A stretch of DNA of 64,000 nucleotides, taken from Narcine bancroftii (taxonomy: Eukaryota). This document shows positions 36,584-50,065 of the stretch, one piece after another (positions within the stretch are counted from its first letter, which is position 1; every line of letters starts with the position of its first letter). The DNA lies in contig NC_091471.1 of NCBI RefSeq assembly GCF_036971445.1, forward strand, positions 368,652,001 through 368,716,000. Direction: 5' to 3'. The notes beneath the pieces were generated by a model that was given only the letters and a program-made list of their open reading frames with translations, was not told the origin of the DNA and did not search any database. Both the position numbers and the translations under genes were made by a program.

Positions 36584-36945
36584 CATTGAAAGTGATAGAG
36601 GAAAATTTAAGGGAGATGTCAGGGATATTTTATTTACACCGACTGGTGGGTGCCTGGAACGTACTGCCGGGTGGTGTTAGAGGCTGATACATGGGCGTTG
36701 AGAAGACTTACAAGGGCACATGAATAAATGCCAGAGAAATGGAGGAGGGGCGAGGAGAAGGGTTAGATTAATTGTGGACTACAGCCAAAGTACCTGTACT
36801 GCATTGTTTTCTTCTGTATTCTATTTAACGTTCAGCCATAAATATGAAGTTTGAGTGATGGGTGATAACGTAGCAAAAGGCAGTAACCCATCCTCAGTGC
36901 TGATTAACTCAGTATGGGTGTAAAAGATAGAATAGAAATAATTCA
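36584..36945 (+). repeat. Direct duplicate of 35148-35512
   Basis: Near-identical about 365 bp covering the CR1 3' end and the non-CR1 flank. Confidence 0.95.
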
Positions 36946-37309
36946 TGAGTGGTAATACATGAGTGGTATTAACTCCACTGTGTAAACAAAAGTAGAGAAT
37001 TCCTCCTAGTTTTTGTCACCTTAATGGGCCACCAATTTAGAATCCAGCTTGTGCAACACTTTTTGAGTCCAATGTTGTGGAGGAGTTGGGGTATTGCCAA
37101 TATAAAGTTGTCAACAAGTTTGAGTCGGAATCTCAAACTGTGGCATTTGCGCCTAAAGGAATGTCAGTGGTTTAGAATGAACTGCCAACATTATATGAAT
37201 TGTATAATTTTTCAAATCTAAATATTTTCTTTTTGATTTTGTATTTAAGATTATAACAGGAGACAGAATATAAACAGATATTGGACTCAAGCAGTCATTC
37301 TAGATGAAG

Positions 37310-37495
37310 CAGCGATTCACTTGTACTTCTTCCAATCTGGTCTGTGACATGGTCTCTTTACATTGGCGAAACCAAACACAGTTTGAGTGATTGCTTTGTG
37401 AAACACCTGCATTCAATCCACAGGGTTGATCCCAAGCTTCCTGTTGCCTGCCACTTTAATTCTCAATCCCACTGCTATTCTATCATCTCAGTCTG
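37310..37495 (+). mobile_element. Penelope GIY-YIG endonuclease fragment
   Basis: LYIGETKHSLSDCFVKHLHSI...PVACHFNS. Confidence 0.8.
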
Positions 37496-37499
37496 TACT

Positions 37500-40090
37500 T
37501 CCTTAGCCTTTGTAAATCAAAGAATTGAGTATAGGAGTTGGGATGTAATGTTGAAGTTGTTTAAGACATTGGTGAGGCCAAATTTGGAGTATTGTGTGCA
37601 GTTCTGGTTGCCTAACTACAGGAAGGATATCAATGAGATTCAGACGGTTATGGTGTGATATGGAATAGTGTACATCTCTATCAGAGCTCAATATCTTCAG
37701 TATACTTTTTCCCTCTGTTTAATTTTTTAAACTTTCGAAGTGGTGTTGAATTGCATATTCTCTGTTTGAAATTGATACAAGAGCTAGAAAAATCGGTAAA
37801 AGCAGAAAAGTGAAAAGTATACAAAAAAGCAGATTGAACTCAAAACTAAATTTGATCTTATCTCAACATCTCCAGTCAAATTCCAACTTTTAAAATCTAA
37901 AAGTCAATTTTAAATTTATGGTGATAAATTTGGAAAGTTTTTTGGCTAACCAACTGAGAGGATTTGGTGCTTAGCAGCATATTACAAAGGTTTGTAAAGA
38001 TAATGGTATTATGAATTCAGACCATTCTGAGATAAATGATATATTTAGAAGATTTTACTTGAAATTGTATTCTTTATGATATAAGAATGACAGTAATTTG
38101 ATGAAGCATTTTTAGACAGATTGAACATCCCCAAGATTTCTTCAGATAGTTAAATTAGACTAGATGAATCTATCTTGCAAGAGAAAATAACAGTGTTTAT
38201 TTCCTCATTACAATTTGGAAAGGCCCCTGAACCCGATGGGTTTCCTGTGGAATATTCTGAGAGAATTTGGACACAATTTAGAAAACATTTTGCATTTCAT
38301 CTTTTCTCTCTTTCCAGCCCTATCGTATCCAATCATTTTTTTTTAACCTTCTTTGCATAATGCTATTTTTCAGAGATGGTATAGAGAGCGCATTCACAAT
38401 TTTAAGATCTGTTCATTGATGGATATTTTGCATCATTTGAGCAGCTTTCTTCTTAATTTAACCTCCCTAAATTTCAATTTTTAGATATTTGCAAGTCCAG
38501 CATTTTCTTGAATCACAATTATCTGATTTCCCAAGAGAGTCTGAATCAAATTTTGTAGATTTTTTTTAGTTTAACATCTTCTCATAAAGGATTAATATCT
38601 GTTGTTTACGAGAAATTGATATGTTTAAATCAGACTTCATTAACTAAAATTTAAAATGCTTGGGAGCAGGAATTAAGTTTGACTATAATTGGATGTGAAT
38701 TGGGACATAATTCTTCAGTTGGTTAATAGCTCTTTGATATGTGCTCGTCATGGTTTATTACAATTTAAAGTGGTACATAGAGCTCGTATATCTACGTCTA
38801 AATTGTCTTTTTTTTAAATTCTGAATCGAGTCCCTATTGTAACAGGCAAAAGAGCAGAAAAACATCATTAATTCATATGTTCTGGATTTGTCCAGTCTAG
38901 AAAAATACTGGAGAAAGGGTTTCCATACTTTGTCAAGAAATATTTATATAAATTTAATACCAAACCCTTTGGTGTCCCTCTTTGGTACAATGGGAGGGAG
39001 TAATTCTTCTTTGTCTCTGGTTCAGGATCGCACTATCCTTTTTTGTCCCTCTTTTGGCGAGGCATGCGATTTTACTTAAATGGAAGGATGCTGCCCCACC
39101 TACTCATGATCAGTGGTTGTGGGACATTGTGTCCCATTTGAATATGGAAAAGATTTGTTATTTAGTTAATAATTCAGATGTAAGATTTCAGTCGTTATGG
39201 GGATAATTTATGACTCACTGTCTTACTTTATTATTTCACTTCAATGTAATTAAATTGTCTGAATCGTATCTTTTCCATATACACAATTTTTTCTACCTTT
39301 CATTTTTCTTTTTATTACTAATCATATATAGTATCTGGCAACGCCATTAGGCAGGGGGTTTGAGTTTTTCTTTTGTTTATAATTTTTTGTTTTTTATTTG
39401 TTCTGTTTTTCTTTGTACCTTTTGTTATTAGCTTTTTTTTTAAATAAAAAATTATAGTACTTGGAATACGAATTATGGATATGATTTACAACTTATGTAC
39501 ATTTTTTATTTGCTGAATATTTTGTGTAACTATCCATATCATTTTATCAAATTGTGTTACTTGTATAAGTTGTTTATTAAAATCAATAAAAATATTTTAA
39601 AAAGAAAAAGTGGAGAGAAGATTTTACTAGGATGTTTCCAGTTCTTCAGGAACGGAGTTACAGAGAAGGACTAAACAGGTTACAACTTTATTCCTTGGAG
39701 CAAAGAAGAATGAGGGGAGATTTGATAGAGGTTTACAAAATTATGAGAGGTATAGACAGAGTGGATACAAGTAGGCTTTTTCCACTTAGATTTGGGGAGA
39801 TATATACAAGAGGTCATAGTTTTAAACTGAAAGGGGAAAGGTTAGGGGGGAGCATTAGTGGAAAGTTCTTCACTCAGAGAGTGGTGGAAGCGTAGAATGA
39901 ACTCCCACTTGATGTGGTAAATGCAGGCTCAATCTTGAGTGTTAAGAATAAATTGGATAGATATATGCATGGGAGAGGTCTAGAGGGTTATGAAATGGGA
40001 GCAGGTCATTGGAACCAGTGAAGTGGTGGTCAGCACATACTAGAAGGGCCGATTGGCCTGTTTTCTCTGCTGTGGTGTTCTATGGTTCTA
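37500..40090 (+). mobile_element. CR1 3' fragment split by an L1/Tx1 insertion (CR1 parts about 37500-37643 and 39606-40090)
   Basis: RPNLEYCVQFWLPNYRKDINEI stops at about 37643 and the CR1 sequence resumes at about 39610 (VERR...RMRGDLIEVYKIMRG). Confidence 0.88.
37780..39605 (+). mobile_element. Degraded L1/Tx1-type LINE (internally deleted ORF2 and A-rich tail)
   Basis: GKAPEPDGFPVE, LQFKVVHRA, HMFW and WKDAAPPT..QW motifs, a T-rich 3' UTR, AATAAA and an A-rich tail. Confidence 0.85.
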
Positions 40091-43090
40091 TTGTTTCTTT
40101 GCGGCCACAATGAGGCCCAATGTAAATAAACACCATTTCCAACTTCAGGTAAACTATGCTTATTGTTTCCCATTATCAGACGTGTCCCTTTCTCACCTCT
40201 TCTATAGAATGCCTTCCTAACGGTCAGTATTCATACTCCTGATCTGTCTTAACCCAATCTTCTTTTGTTATTCACCTCCCCCCTTTCCCTGGTTCTGTTT
40301 TGAAAACCAACCCCTCCTTTCCTTCTCCTCTCCCCCCCCCCCCGCCCCCCCCGATCTGAGGAAGGGACCCTGACACAGACCAATAGCAGTTTTCTCTTTC
40401 CACAGATGCTGTTTGCCTGGATGAATTCTTCCAGCATTTTCTGTTGTTTGTGTTCCTGAGTGTATTTCAAGCTTCAGTACTTTGTTGAACCAGAGATTTT
40501 CTATGAGCTAGCTCCTCATTATTTGATAGGCTTTTGACAGCCAACGGTATTAATGTCAGATTTAAAATGAACAATTTATTTCAAATTCAAAATTTAAATC
40601 TACCTTCTTCTTAGGTCCTCTGTTTTTTCTTCTTCACTCTTGAAAGGCTTTGCTCTATTTTTAGACAATGCTTCTGCTACTGGACTTCTCAATTTTTAGA
40701 AGTGATTTTTCTCAATTTATCTTTATTAATTTCATCTCATCTGGTTGAAAGAAAGTTATCTTTAACATTTCACTGTTAGTTTCTGCATGTAATTCTGCGT
40801 AATACTGAAACACCTCCCCCCACCCCCCAGCAAGACCAATCCATTCTTTCTAAACTGATTACCTAAAGCTCCTCACGGTACTCCTGTTATGGTCTAACCA
40901 AGGCTTCATGTGCCTTCTATCCCTGAATCTAAAGGAATGTAATTCTATTAGAAAAGTGCAGAAGCAAAAAACAGTGCATCTTAGTACAAAATAGACTCAA
41001 GACCGGGCAACATATGTTCAGAGAGAAATAGGGGTAATGTTTTGACTGCCTTTTTGTGAATTTTAATTGCAATGCCAGTGAACTTTTGTCATGGCAGTTT
41101 TGAAATACGTTCTTTAACAAAGAAGAACAAGAGTCACAGCAGAAAGACACCATTTTTTTCTGGCTATTTCCTGTACCTGATGACCCTTCATATCTTTCAT
41201 CACTCAGGGATGAATATCCTCAAGATATAAATAAATTCAACTTTGCCTGCAATTAAAACGATTTGCTCCAACTTCATCCATTCATTTAATCCATTCAGCT
41301 CCCTGTAATTCTGTGCTCCCATCTGCACCGTTGGCATCACGTTAGTTCTTAACCTTTATACATCATGTAATCATCGTTAAATATTATCATTTAATCAAAC
41401 TGTTCCAAGGTCCAGAGTTTGAAATATAGATACGAAAATATACTAATCAACTGCAAATCTGCAGACATAAAGTAATTAATTTCTAGGAAAATATCTAACA
41501 GCATACCTGAATTACTTTTAATTGTCTCAGTACTATATTTGGTATTATCACACAAGTAGAGGGATTCTTTAGCTGTTGTCAGTTAAGGGATTTTGAAAAG
41601 CTTGACCAGATTGTACCAAGGGACTTCCTTATCAAATGATTCTAAATCTGCAAGTAGAATTTGCAGAAAGCATGCCATCTGAATTTCTGACTTTGGAGAA
41701 GTGCAATGTGAATTAAAATAGAACTCTTCAAATAAATTCTTATTGCTCAAATTAATTTGTCTAACTTAGTTAAAATATGCAGTGTGGAAAATGTGCTTGA
41801 ACCAAATCTGTTGCCTGTGGATGATGAATAAAGCTATTTTGCTGCATGTCAGCTATTGATGGAGGATGCTCTTCATATTATTGAAGTGACCAGTTGCACA
41901 GCAGGAACTCATTAGTAGCTATTCATCATACATGACACTGGAGGTAATCCTTCTTGTTAATGTTTCAATAGAGTTATGTGGTTTTACAGCGGCTGTGGTT
42001 AATGGGAGACTCGGGACTGAAAAGCTATTAGCACCAAGAAACAGTTTTATTTTTAAAAGAAGTTTTTCTGAAGCGTTTAATGTAAAACTTTGAAATGTGC
42101 TCTGTCCGTTTGTGAACTTCAATTGTGTCATTGAACGGTGGTTGTGGCTGCTTTTTTTTAACAAGATTGAGGAACAAAGGCATTAGATGTATTAAATGCT
42201 GTATTGCAAAAGTATTAATATGCACAAACCTATTTATACAAAGTTTGTATAAATTCTTAGATTGGTCCTGGGTACCATGAGCATAGTTTGTTATGCAAAA
42301 GCAGTTCTGATCATGACTATTTCTCCATCTGTACCAGCATAATAGAGATAAAGCTCAAGAAAATTGCTTCACAGATTTCTTTTCAAAATACTACGCTATC
42401 TCTAAGTTTCTATACTCTTGTTTCATTGCACTTAATTCTTCTAGGCTTGATATCTATTGCATTACAGTTTCTGAGAGCCTCCTGGTATAATATTCAAACC
42501 TTTATATTTTCTCAGGCTTTGCTAGGAATACAGAATTTGTGTTTGGAAAATTAATTAATGCTCGTACATACCTTTTAACGTGTTGTTCAGTGAAATTGCA
42601 ATGGTTCGAATATTTCTTGTCATCTATCATTTATAGAATTTTAGTTTTCTCTACCTCACTCAAGGTAAACTGTGATTCATTCATTTGATCATAAGATGCT
42701 GCTCGGCCTTTTCTTCAGTGATGCTCTTTTTCTTCTGTTGTTACTTCTTAATTTGCAACAGAACTATATTTTCCAGAACCCGAGTAGGGGACCCCACCCC
42801 CCCCCCCCCCCCCAAGGGAAGTAAGCACTGGATCAGAGGATAATATACTTGTGTTCTTCAGACCTTCGTCTATCGCTGCAGTTAATGGGTATCAAAAGGG
42901 ACACAATGAGGTAGATCTGGCCAGATGGTGAGACTGTAAAACCGCAACAGGGGATAGTTTACTGTTATTTTGGAAGTACAATTTTGAATATGCTTTGGAC
43001 TTTACTGCATGTTGCTTTTGATCAGCTGATGGAAGTTTTAAAATGTATCTTCAGACTTGCCGTGCTGTAGCACCACCATCTGTCTCTAAT

Positions 43091-43280
43091 CTTTGGCTTG
43101 GTTTCGGGGATGAAGATTTATGGAGGGGTAATGTCCATGTCAGCTGCAGGCTAGTTTGTGGCTGACAAGTCCGATGCGGGACAGGCAGACACGGTTGCAG
43201 CGGTTGCAAGGGAAAATTGGTGGGTTGGGGTTGGGTGTTGGGTTTTTCCTCCTTTGTCTTTTGTCAGTGAGATGGGCTCT
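43091..43280 (-). mobile_element. RTE-clade LINE 3' fragment
   Basis: Reverse complement of the same KRACS-type 3' end. Candidate TSD CTCTAAT at 43084-43090 and 43277-43283. Confidence 0.92.
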
Positions 43281-43304
43281 AATAGCTTTGCAGTAAACAA
43301 GGTA

Positions 43305-43494
43305 CAGGTAAACCCATTTTACAAATACTCGCTTTAGAAAAGTTCGCTTTTACGAAGAAACCTCTGTTCATTTTTATGAAAGGATTTGAATGGGCTTTCG
43401 CTTTTACAAAAATAGCCTTCAATAGAAGTGACTGAGTCTTCCCTTTACGCCATTTCATAGGAACGCTCTAGTTTCATAAAGCGGGGTATTCTCG
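43305..43494. mobile_element. Short Tigger/pogo-like MITE
   Basis: TA|CAGGTAAACCCATTTTACAAA...TTTCATAAAGCGGGGTATTCTCG|TA, imperfect TIRs with TA flanks. Confidence 0.55.
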
Positions 43495-44685
43495 TATTTT
43501 TGAATTGCAACCAAGGGAAATTGAGGATGCTCTTTCCACGAGTAGTGGTGTAGGGGTAAGGGATTGACCTAGTGGTATGAACAAATCTTGAGATTAAGCA
43601 CTGATTAAGCTCTGCAACTACACAGTCAGGCTCCTTGACTGTGTAGTTGCAGAGGTTGTCACAAAGTTGCCCTGGATTTTGTGAAGGATGGGGGAACATG
43701 TAAATAGCCTAACATAAAAATCAAGTGCATTGGGCTCAAAGGGTAGCCTGGTTGGCCTTTCTAATTCTAGTCATGACCATTACAAGGAGTAAAATATCAC
43801 TGGTGATGTTATACACTTATGTGAGAGTGCAAGCAAGGCAGATGATGCACAGCTTCCTTTGTACCATGAAAGAAAGGCATGTGCTCATGCCTGAGAGTGA
43901 TTTTAATTCACAAACCTCATTCAGATTTGACTGTACTACGCTGAGCTGAAATTAGTGCTTTAGTTTTCAACTTTATTCTGGTCATAACACATTATCTGTT
44001 ATTGAAAGAACCATGATTATTTTGAAAAGAAACACTTCAATAGCTGATGACGAGATTCTGGTATACACTTACAGATCATTGGATTCCTGTAGTCTGGGCT
44101 CCCGCTGACAAGCATCACTTTTTTTCCCCCATGGTTAAAGCTTTTGAGGGGGGATCTGGAATGAAACCCTCTGGAAAATTGGAACTATTGGATTAATGAT
44201 ACATCCTGGTAACCTTTAGGGACTTTTATGTTGCACCATTGATTTTGTTGTGAAGGTTAGAAACATAAAGACATTTGAGTTTTCACGAGATCAGCCAGTG
44301 CAGTTTCACTCTGTGAAATACAGCTGCACCTTTATTCTCCCTTTTTCACTTTGCTACATGTCCTTTTTCACTTTGCTACATTGTGCTGATCCCAGTTTTT
44401 CTTTGTTAAAGACCTTTGGTCCTGCTACTATCCACAGATGTACCTCCTGAATTTGTCATAATAGACAGAAATTGTCAAACTCATAAAGTCCAACAATTAT
44501 AGTAAAAAGGTAATGGTTACAAAATAGCGCACTAAAGGTCAAAATAAGGCAGTGTCTTTGGTTCATTGTTCATTCAGGAATCTGATGGCAGAGGGGAAGA
44601 AGTTGCCACTGAGTCTCATCTTCAGGCTCTGTACCTTTTTCCTAATGTCAGCATGGCATGGCCTGGGAGGTGGGGGTCCTTGAGG

Positions 44686-45250
44686 AAAAAAGATTTAAGT
44701 GTTGCAGTTGCATTGGATGCAGAAAAAGCTTTTGATATATTAGAATGGGATTTTTTTTAATTTAAGGTTTAAGCTCTTCATAAAAATCTTAAAGCTAAGG
44801 TAAGAACTAATGGACAGATATCACAATCATGTAATTTGACTAGATCAAGTAGGCAGGGATGCCCCTTATCTCCAGCTTTGTTTGCTTTGGCTATAGAACC
44901 TCTTGCACAAATGATTCATCTGGACTAGCAGTTGAAAGGTTTTGTGATAAATCAAATTGAGCATAAGATTAGTTATATCAATAGATCAACGAAATTTTCA
45001 AAATATATATGTAAAGAGGTTATGTCTCATACAATTAATGAAAGATATAGATGACTTCATTATAATTTTTTTACATTATATATTACGCCTCAGAAATCGA
45101 ATAGATGGAAATTGAATATATCAGATCAATGTTTTAGATGAGGAGAAGATGTTGGGGAACTTTTATTGATTCTACATGGTCTTGCTCAAAACTTAAACTT
45201 TTTTGGATTTCTATTAGTAAGTTTTCACAACAGGTTTTTTTTCTGTTGAA
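44686..45250 (+). mobile_element. L1/Tx1-type RT fragments, preceded by a Rex1-like piece at about 44480-44685
   Basis: AVALDAEKAFDILEW and RQGCPLSPALFALAIEPL motifs. Confidence 0.85.
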
Positions 45251-47434
45251 TCCTGAGTTGTTATTGATGGGAAAATTTGAAACTATAACTTGTGATATGT
45301 TCTTGACAATAAGTTCCGATTGTGATGATTCTTTGTGGAGTGCATACAGAATGAATGAATGCAGACTGTTCTGAAATGTTTAGTGTTTTTCTTTGTTTTC
45401 AAATTCCTTTAACGGGAATTAATTATGTGGGTAAATGTATTTAAAGCAAGAGTAGAGATGTGTTCATTTTGTCGTGGATTGGGAACATATGATTTATAAA
45501 TGTACATTTAGTTTCAAAGTTTGCAGCAGATAAAGTCAAATAAAGTAATTTGGAACTTTTTAAGGGATCAGGTTGCAACCAAAAGGGATATTTTGCAGAT
45601 GACAAAAAAGGAGAATGGCGTGTGCAAAGCAATGGGAGGATCCTAGAGGAAGGAGGTGTCGACCAATGAAGTGGACCTCTATGGTGTGAAATTGCTGAAA
45701 GAAAAATTGCTCATTAATATTTGCACTTTAGAACCATCAGAGTTCAACCAAAAAAAAGTGCATTGTTGAGTCTTGGGTTCAAACTTCTTGCAATGCTATG
45801 TAGCATAAATATTTCTGCACATTTATATTCTGTAAATAAATTTCAATAAGTGCCATTCTGACTCGGTTGTAATACTTTCACCTTAAGTGTGAAAAAAAAG
45901 TATTGAAGATGAATTTTTGAACAAGCAGATAATCTTGGCTAACACTCTAGAACATTGAGTACTTCATATGAAAAGGTGTGCTCTCTGCATTATATGTATT
46001 CTATATTTGGTTGTATTCAATATCTTTTTCCCCTTAATATTCAATTAATCATTTCTCCATCAGCTATAAAATTGATTTTTTTTTGCAATTTTGATTCATT
46101 GAAGATAATTGTCATATTCATTCACAAAGCAATTCACAGCATGTGACATGGTTTAGAATGCCTTTGTATTTTTCCTGAGTCAGAATCTTCAAGGTTAAAT
46201 TGACCCCACATCTGTAGCCTTTGTAATAACTAAAAAGGTGATGCAAGATCTCCATTCTGATGTAGGTGGGATAGATGTTGTATAACAGGGCAGTTTGACA
46301 TTGTGTGCTTCGTTTGCTGCCGTGAAAATCTCTGCATGCTCCTGTTATTGGGATTTGATGTGGTCAGTGGCTTTCCAGGACCATCTTCTCCATTAAGCCA
46401 GGAATTCCCATGAGTGCATGAAGGTGTTTTGTATTTTGCAACTACACTTTAAGATTGCCCTTGAAGCCTTCCCTTTGTCCTTAAAATGTCTTCCCTTCAT
46501 AGAGTTGACTGGTTGTTTTGGGAGTCTGGTGTTGGATGTGCAGATGATGTGGCCTCCTCTTGGAACATAGTTGGATGTGACCCTTAAAACTCAGAATATT
46601 GGCTGGGGGAGGAACAAATATTGCTTGCCTTTTCAATCAATCAATCAACTTGAAGGATTTTGTAGGGACAGCATTAATAACATTTTTCCAGTGCTTCAAG
46701 GAGACTCCTGAAGTTCTTCATACATTATATGGCAGGATGAAAATCAGTGCTCAGCAGACCTTGGGGCCTGGAGCTTAAAGCAATCTTACTTATCATTTGA
46801 CTGAACGATACATCATTGCTTGGGAGAAAGTGGTTGAATTCCATCATTAATGCCTCTGTTAGCTGATAGATGGCTTTTGGCAAATTGAAAGGTATCCATG
46901 TTTTTGTCTGTCTCACTGTGGAACTTGATTCTCAGTGAATCATTGAACGGCATGGCAAATTGATAGAGATCCTTTGTCTTCCATATATTTCAGGTTAGTG
47001 TAAGGCATATCCTTTTATACAGTTTATCAGAGGAGTCAACAATGATTTAAACCTTGCTTTGCAGGTGGGCATGTTCCGAAGTTTCATTTCTCCACAGTAA
47101 TCTGAAGATTGATACTCTGGCAATCTTGTACTTCTGCAGTCACAAGTTCAATAATTTCTCACCCATTCTGTAGAGTATTTTTATTTCAGAAGGCAATCTG
47201 TCAGAGTACCAAAATAATTTGATTTAAAATGCTTTGGGATGCTTTTCAGATGATGTGAAGTGACATAAATTTATATAATTCTTTTGCATTTAGAGGTAGG
47301 CCCTGTGACAAACAAACCTAATATTCCTCTAATATTCATGTCTATCATTCTCAACTTTGAGTCCTGTTAATGACTTGGCTTTTTCAGCTCTCCACAGTAG
47401 AGATTTTCAAATATCCCCCATCCTTGAATTATGG

Positions 47435-47805
47435 AACCATAGAACATTATAGTATTACATTACAGGAAAGGGACCTTCAGCCCATTTAGTCACTGCCAAA
47501 TTATTCTGCCTAGTTCTATTGACCTGAACCCAGACCATAGTTGTCCATACCTCTTCCATCCATGTACCCATCCAAACTTCTCTTAAATCCCAAAATTCAA
47601 CCCACGCCCACCCCTTCTGGTAGCTTATTCCACATTCTTATCGTAAAGGTTCACCTGAACATTCTCCTTAAATATTTGAATTTTCACCTTTATCCATGTC
47701 CTCTCGTTCTTGTCTTCAACTTCAGTCGAAAAAAAGTTTGCATTTACCTTGTCTGTACCCCTCATAATTTTAATTTTGTTTATCAAATCTCCCCTCATTC
47801 ATGCC
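47435..47805 (-). mobile_element. CR1 3' end fragment
   Basis: Similar to 2785-3130. Confidence 0.75.
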
Positions 47806-49275
47806 TCTTTTTTTGAATATTTTATTTTTGATTTTCAAAGACTCGTTCAAATCCAAACAACACAATCTCTTTCAGCAATAATATTAATGTATAGAGTCTG
47901 TTTTTCCCCCTACTCTTCTCCCCCCCCCTCCTATACCCTAATACAACAAAGAAAAGATTATATATGGTCCAAAGAACCAAATATTGGTAAAGTCACAAAC
48001 CCTTAAGGGAATTGGAGAAAAACCCATAGAAACTGAAAATAAAAAAAGACATAAGGAACAAATACAAGAATCCATTATCTGTACCACAACCCACTTCATT
48101 GATCTCAATAATTTCCCTACTGGCACAGATTGTTGCGTTTCCTTTATTCGGAAGGGCTAGAATTATATCCATGTACCAATGAGTTGCAGATAGGGTTGCC
48201 GTACTGTAGGGCACTACCAGTAACCACAGAGACAAGCTGAGGAAACGATAGGCTTTAATACACAGAAGAAGCCTGCTGGCCCAAATCCCAGGATAGGAAT
48301 GGCAGCAAGGGAAAGGTGGCTCGATCTTTATGGCCCAGGTCCACAGGGGAGGAGTCATAGGGTATGTGTCATCCGTGGGTGGGCCTGCTCCATATATACA
48401 ACCGACAATGATAACTATATACAATGGAGGAAACATATCACCACACACACACCCTAACAAATGTACCATATTTCCTCCTTAAATCGTACGTGATTTTCTC
48501 CAGGGGAATCCAACTCTGCATTTCCATATTCCATCGTGTAATATTTAGTTGAGAGTCGGACTTCCAGGTGACTGCTATACATTTCCTGGCTACTGATCAG
48601 ACGACCTTCATAAACTGAATTTGGTATCTGGACAGTTTAAAACACTCATCCATAACGTTTCCCAGAAGGTACAACACCGGATTCTGTGGAAAATCCACTT
48701 TTGTAATTTTTTTTCAGAATGTCCCCAAGACTTCCCAGAAGGATCTCACCTCTGTACACAGCCAGGTTGAATGGATAAAGATTCCAATCTCCACACCACA
48801 CCTAAAGCACATTTCTGGTTTGGATTTGTGTAATTTTTGTGGTGTGAGGTACAGTTGATGCAGGAAATAGTATTGCATCGACCTGTACCTGGCATTAATA
48901 ACAACTGATATGCCGTCCAGACACAAATCTGACCAGCACCTCTTATAGATTGTTGTGCCAAAGTTTGTCTCCCACCTTGCCTTCGACTTGTGGAAGCCCA
49001 GCTTCAGGCCCTCACTTTGGAATAGGAGATACATTGTAGAGATGAACTTGCGCGTATTCCCCTTTTGAATTAGAATCTGCATGTCACTGCACATGGGCAG
49101 GGCCATAGATGATCCCAAATTATCCCTTAAGATCTTAGTTGATGATAGCAGAAGAAAGTTTTATTAGACAAATCATATTTATTCCTTAGCTGTTCGAATG
49201 ACATAAGCTTCCCTTGCTCATGACAATCCTCCTGATCCCTTCCGGCACCAGGTGTCCAGGATCTTATTATCCAGA
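47806..49275 (-). mobile_element. L1/Tx1-type LINE 3' part
   Basis: ORF 48714-49118(-) ...INARYRSMQYYFLHQLYLTPQKL...CFRCG...HSTWLC (CCHC domain), with the T-rich complement of the tail at about 47806. Confidence 0.88.
48205..48445 (-). mobile_element. Solo LTR (Gypsy-like) nested in the L1 3' region
   Basis: 241 bp bounded by TGTAG...CCACA. The minus strand has a TATATA box and a downstream ATTAAA. It interrupts the L1 sequence. TSD not clean. Confidence 0.65.
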
Positions 49276-49744
49276 GTCATGGGCATTTGTGCCTCTTGCC
49301 TCTTCGTTTCTCCTCCATTAACTTAATTCTCTCTATTAAATTATTGTGTAAATAATTGATGCTACATAATTCCAAAGAAAACTTGAAGCTATGATTGGAA
49401 CAGGCCAAAAGTTCTGCTGATAATTTAAATGTTAAGATTCTAATCTCTGTTGTACATGAAGTGGAAAAATTCTGATCAAAGGAAATAATTTTCTGTTTAA
49501 AAAAAAAGACCATAGATATAGAGTCATTGAACCAATCTTCCATTCTCTTAGGTGGGTGGCATTAATGAATGTTGATAAAAGTCTGGAAATGATATGGGAA
49601 CAGTATGATAATTGAAATTTTATAAAATATTTACACTGATTTGTAACTTCTGCTTTTGCAAATAATTTCCATTTCTTATCCTTTTGGTTTTTGTTGTCTT
49701 AAATTTAAAATCATTATATATGTTGTATACTATATTATTTTTAG

Positions 49745-50065
49745 GATAATTGATGTGGAAAGGCTTTTCCCATTGAGAATAGGAGAGATGGATACAAGAG
49801 ATTGTGGGTTGAGAGTTGACAGGCAAAGGTTTAGGAGTAACATGAGGGGGAACTTCTTTACTCAAAGCGTGGTTACTGTGTGAAATAGTCTTCCAGGAAA
49901 GGTGGTGGAGGCAGGGTCAATTTTGTCATTTAAGAAAGAGTTGGATAGGTATATGGAAGGGGGTGGAGGGATATGGGCAGAGTGCGGGATTAGAGGAGGG
50001 TACTTGGATCAGTGCGGACTAGAAGGGCCAAATTGGCCTGTTTGCGTGGTGTAATTGTTATATGG
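49745..50065 (+). mobile_element. CR1 3' end fragment
   Basis: IDVERLFPLR...RGNFFTQSVV and a CR1-like UTR. Confidence 0.88.

Noticed and set aside
42232-42254. Inverted repeat ATTTATACAAA-G-TTTGTATAAAT
   Set aside because: Short and very AT-rich, with no supporting context.
49735-49775. ttttag|GATAATTGATGTGG resembling the start of the next STX8 exon
   Set aside because: The continuation is CR1 ORF2 C-terminus (IDVERLFPLR).
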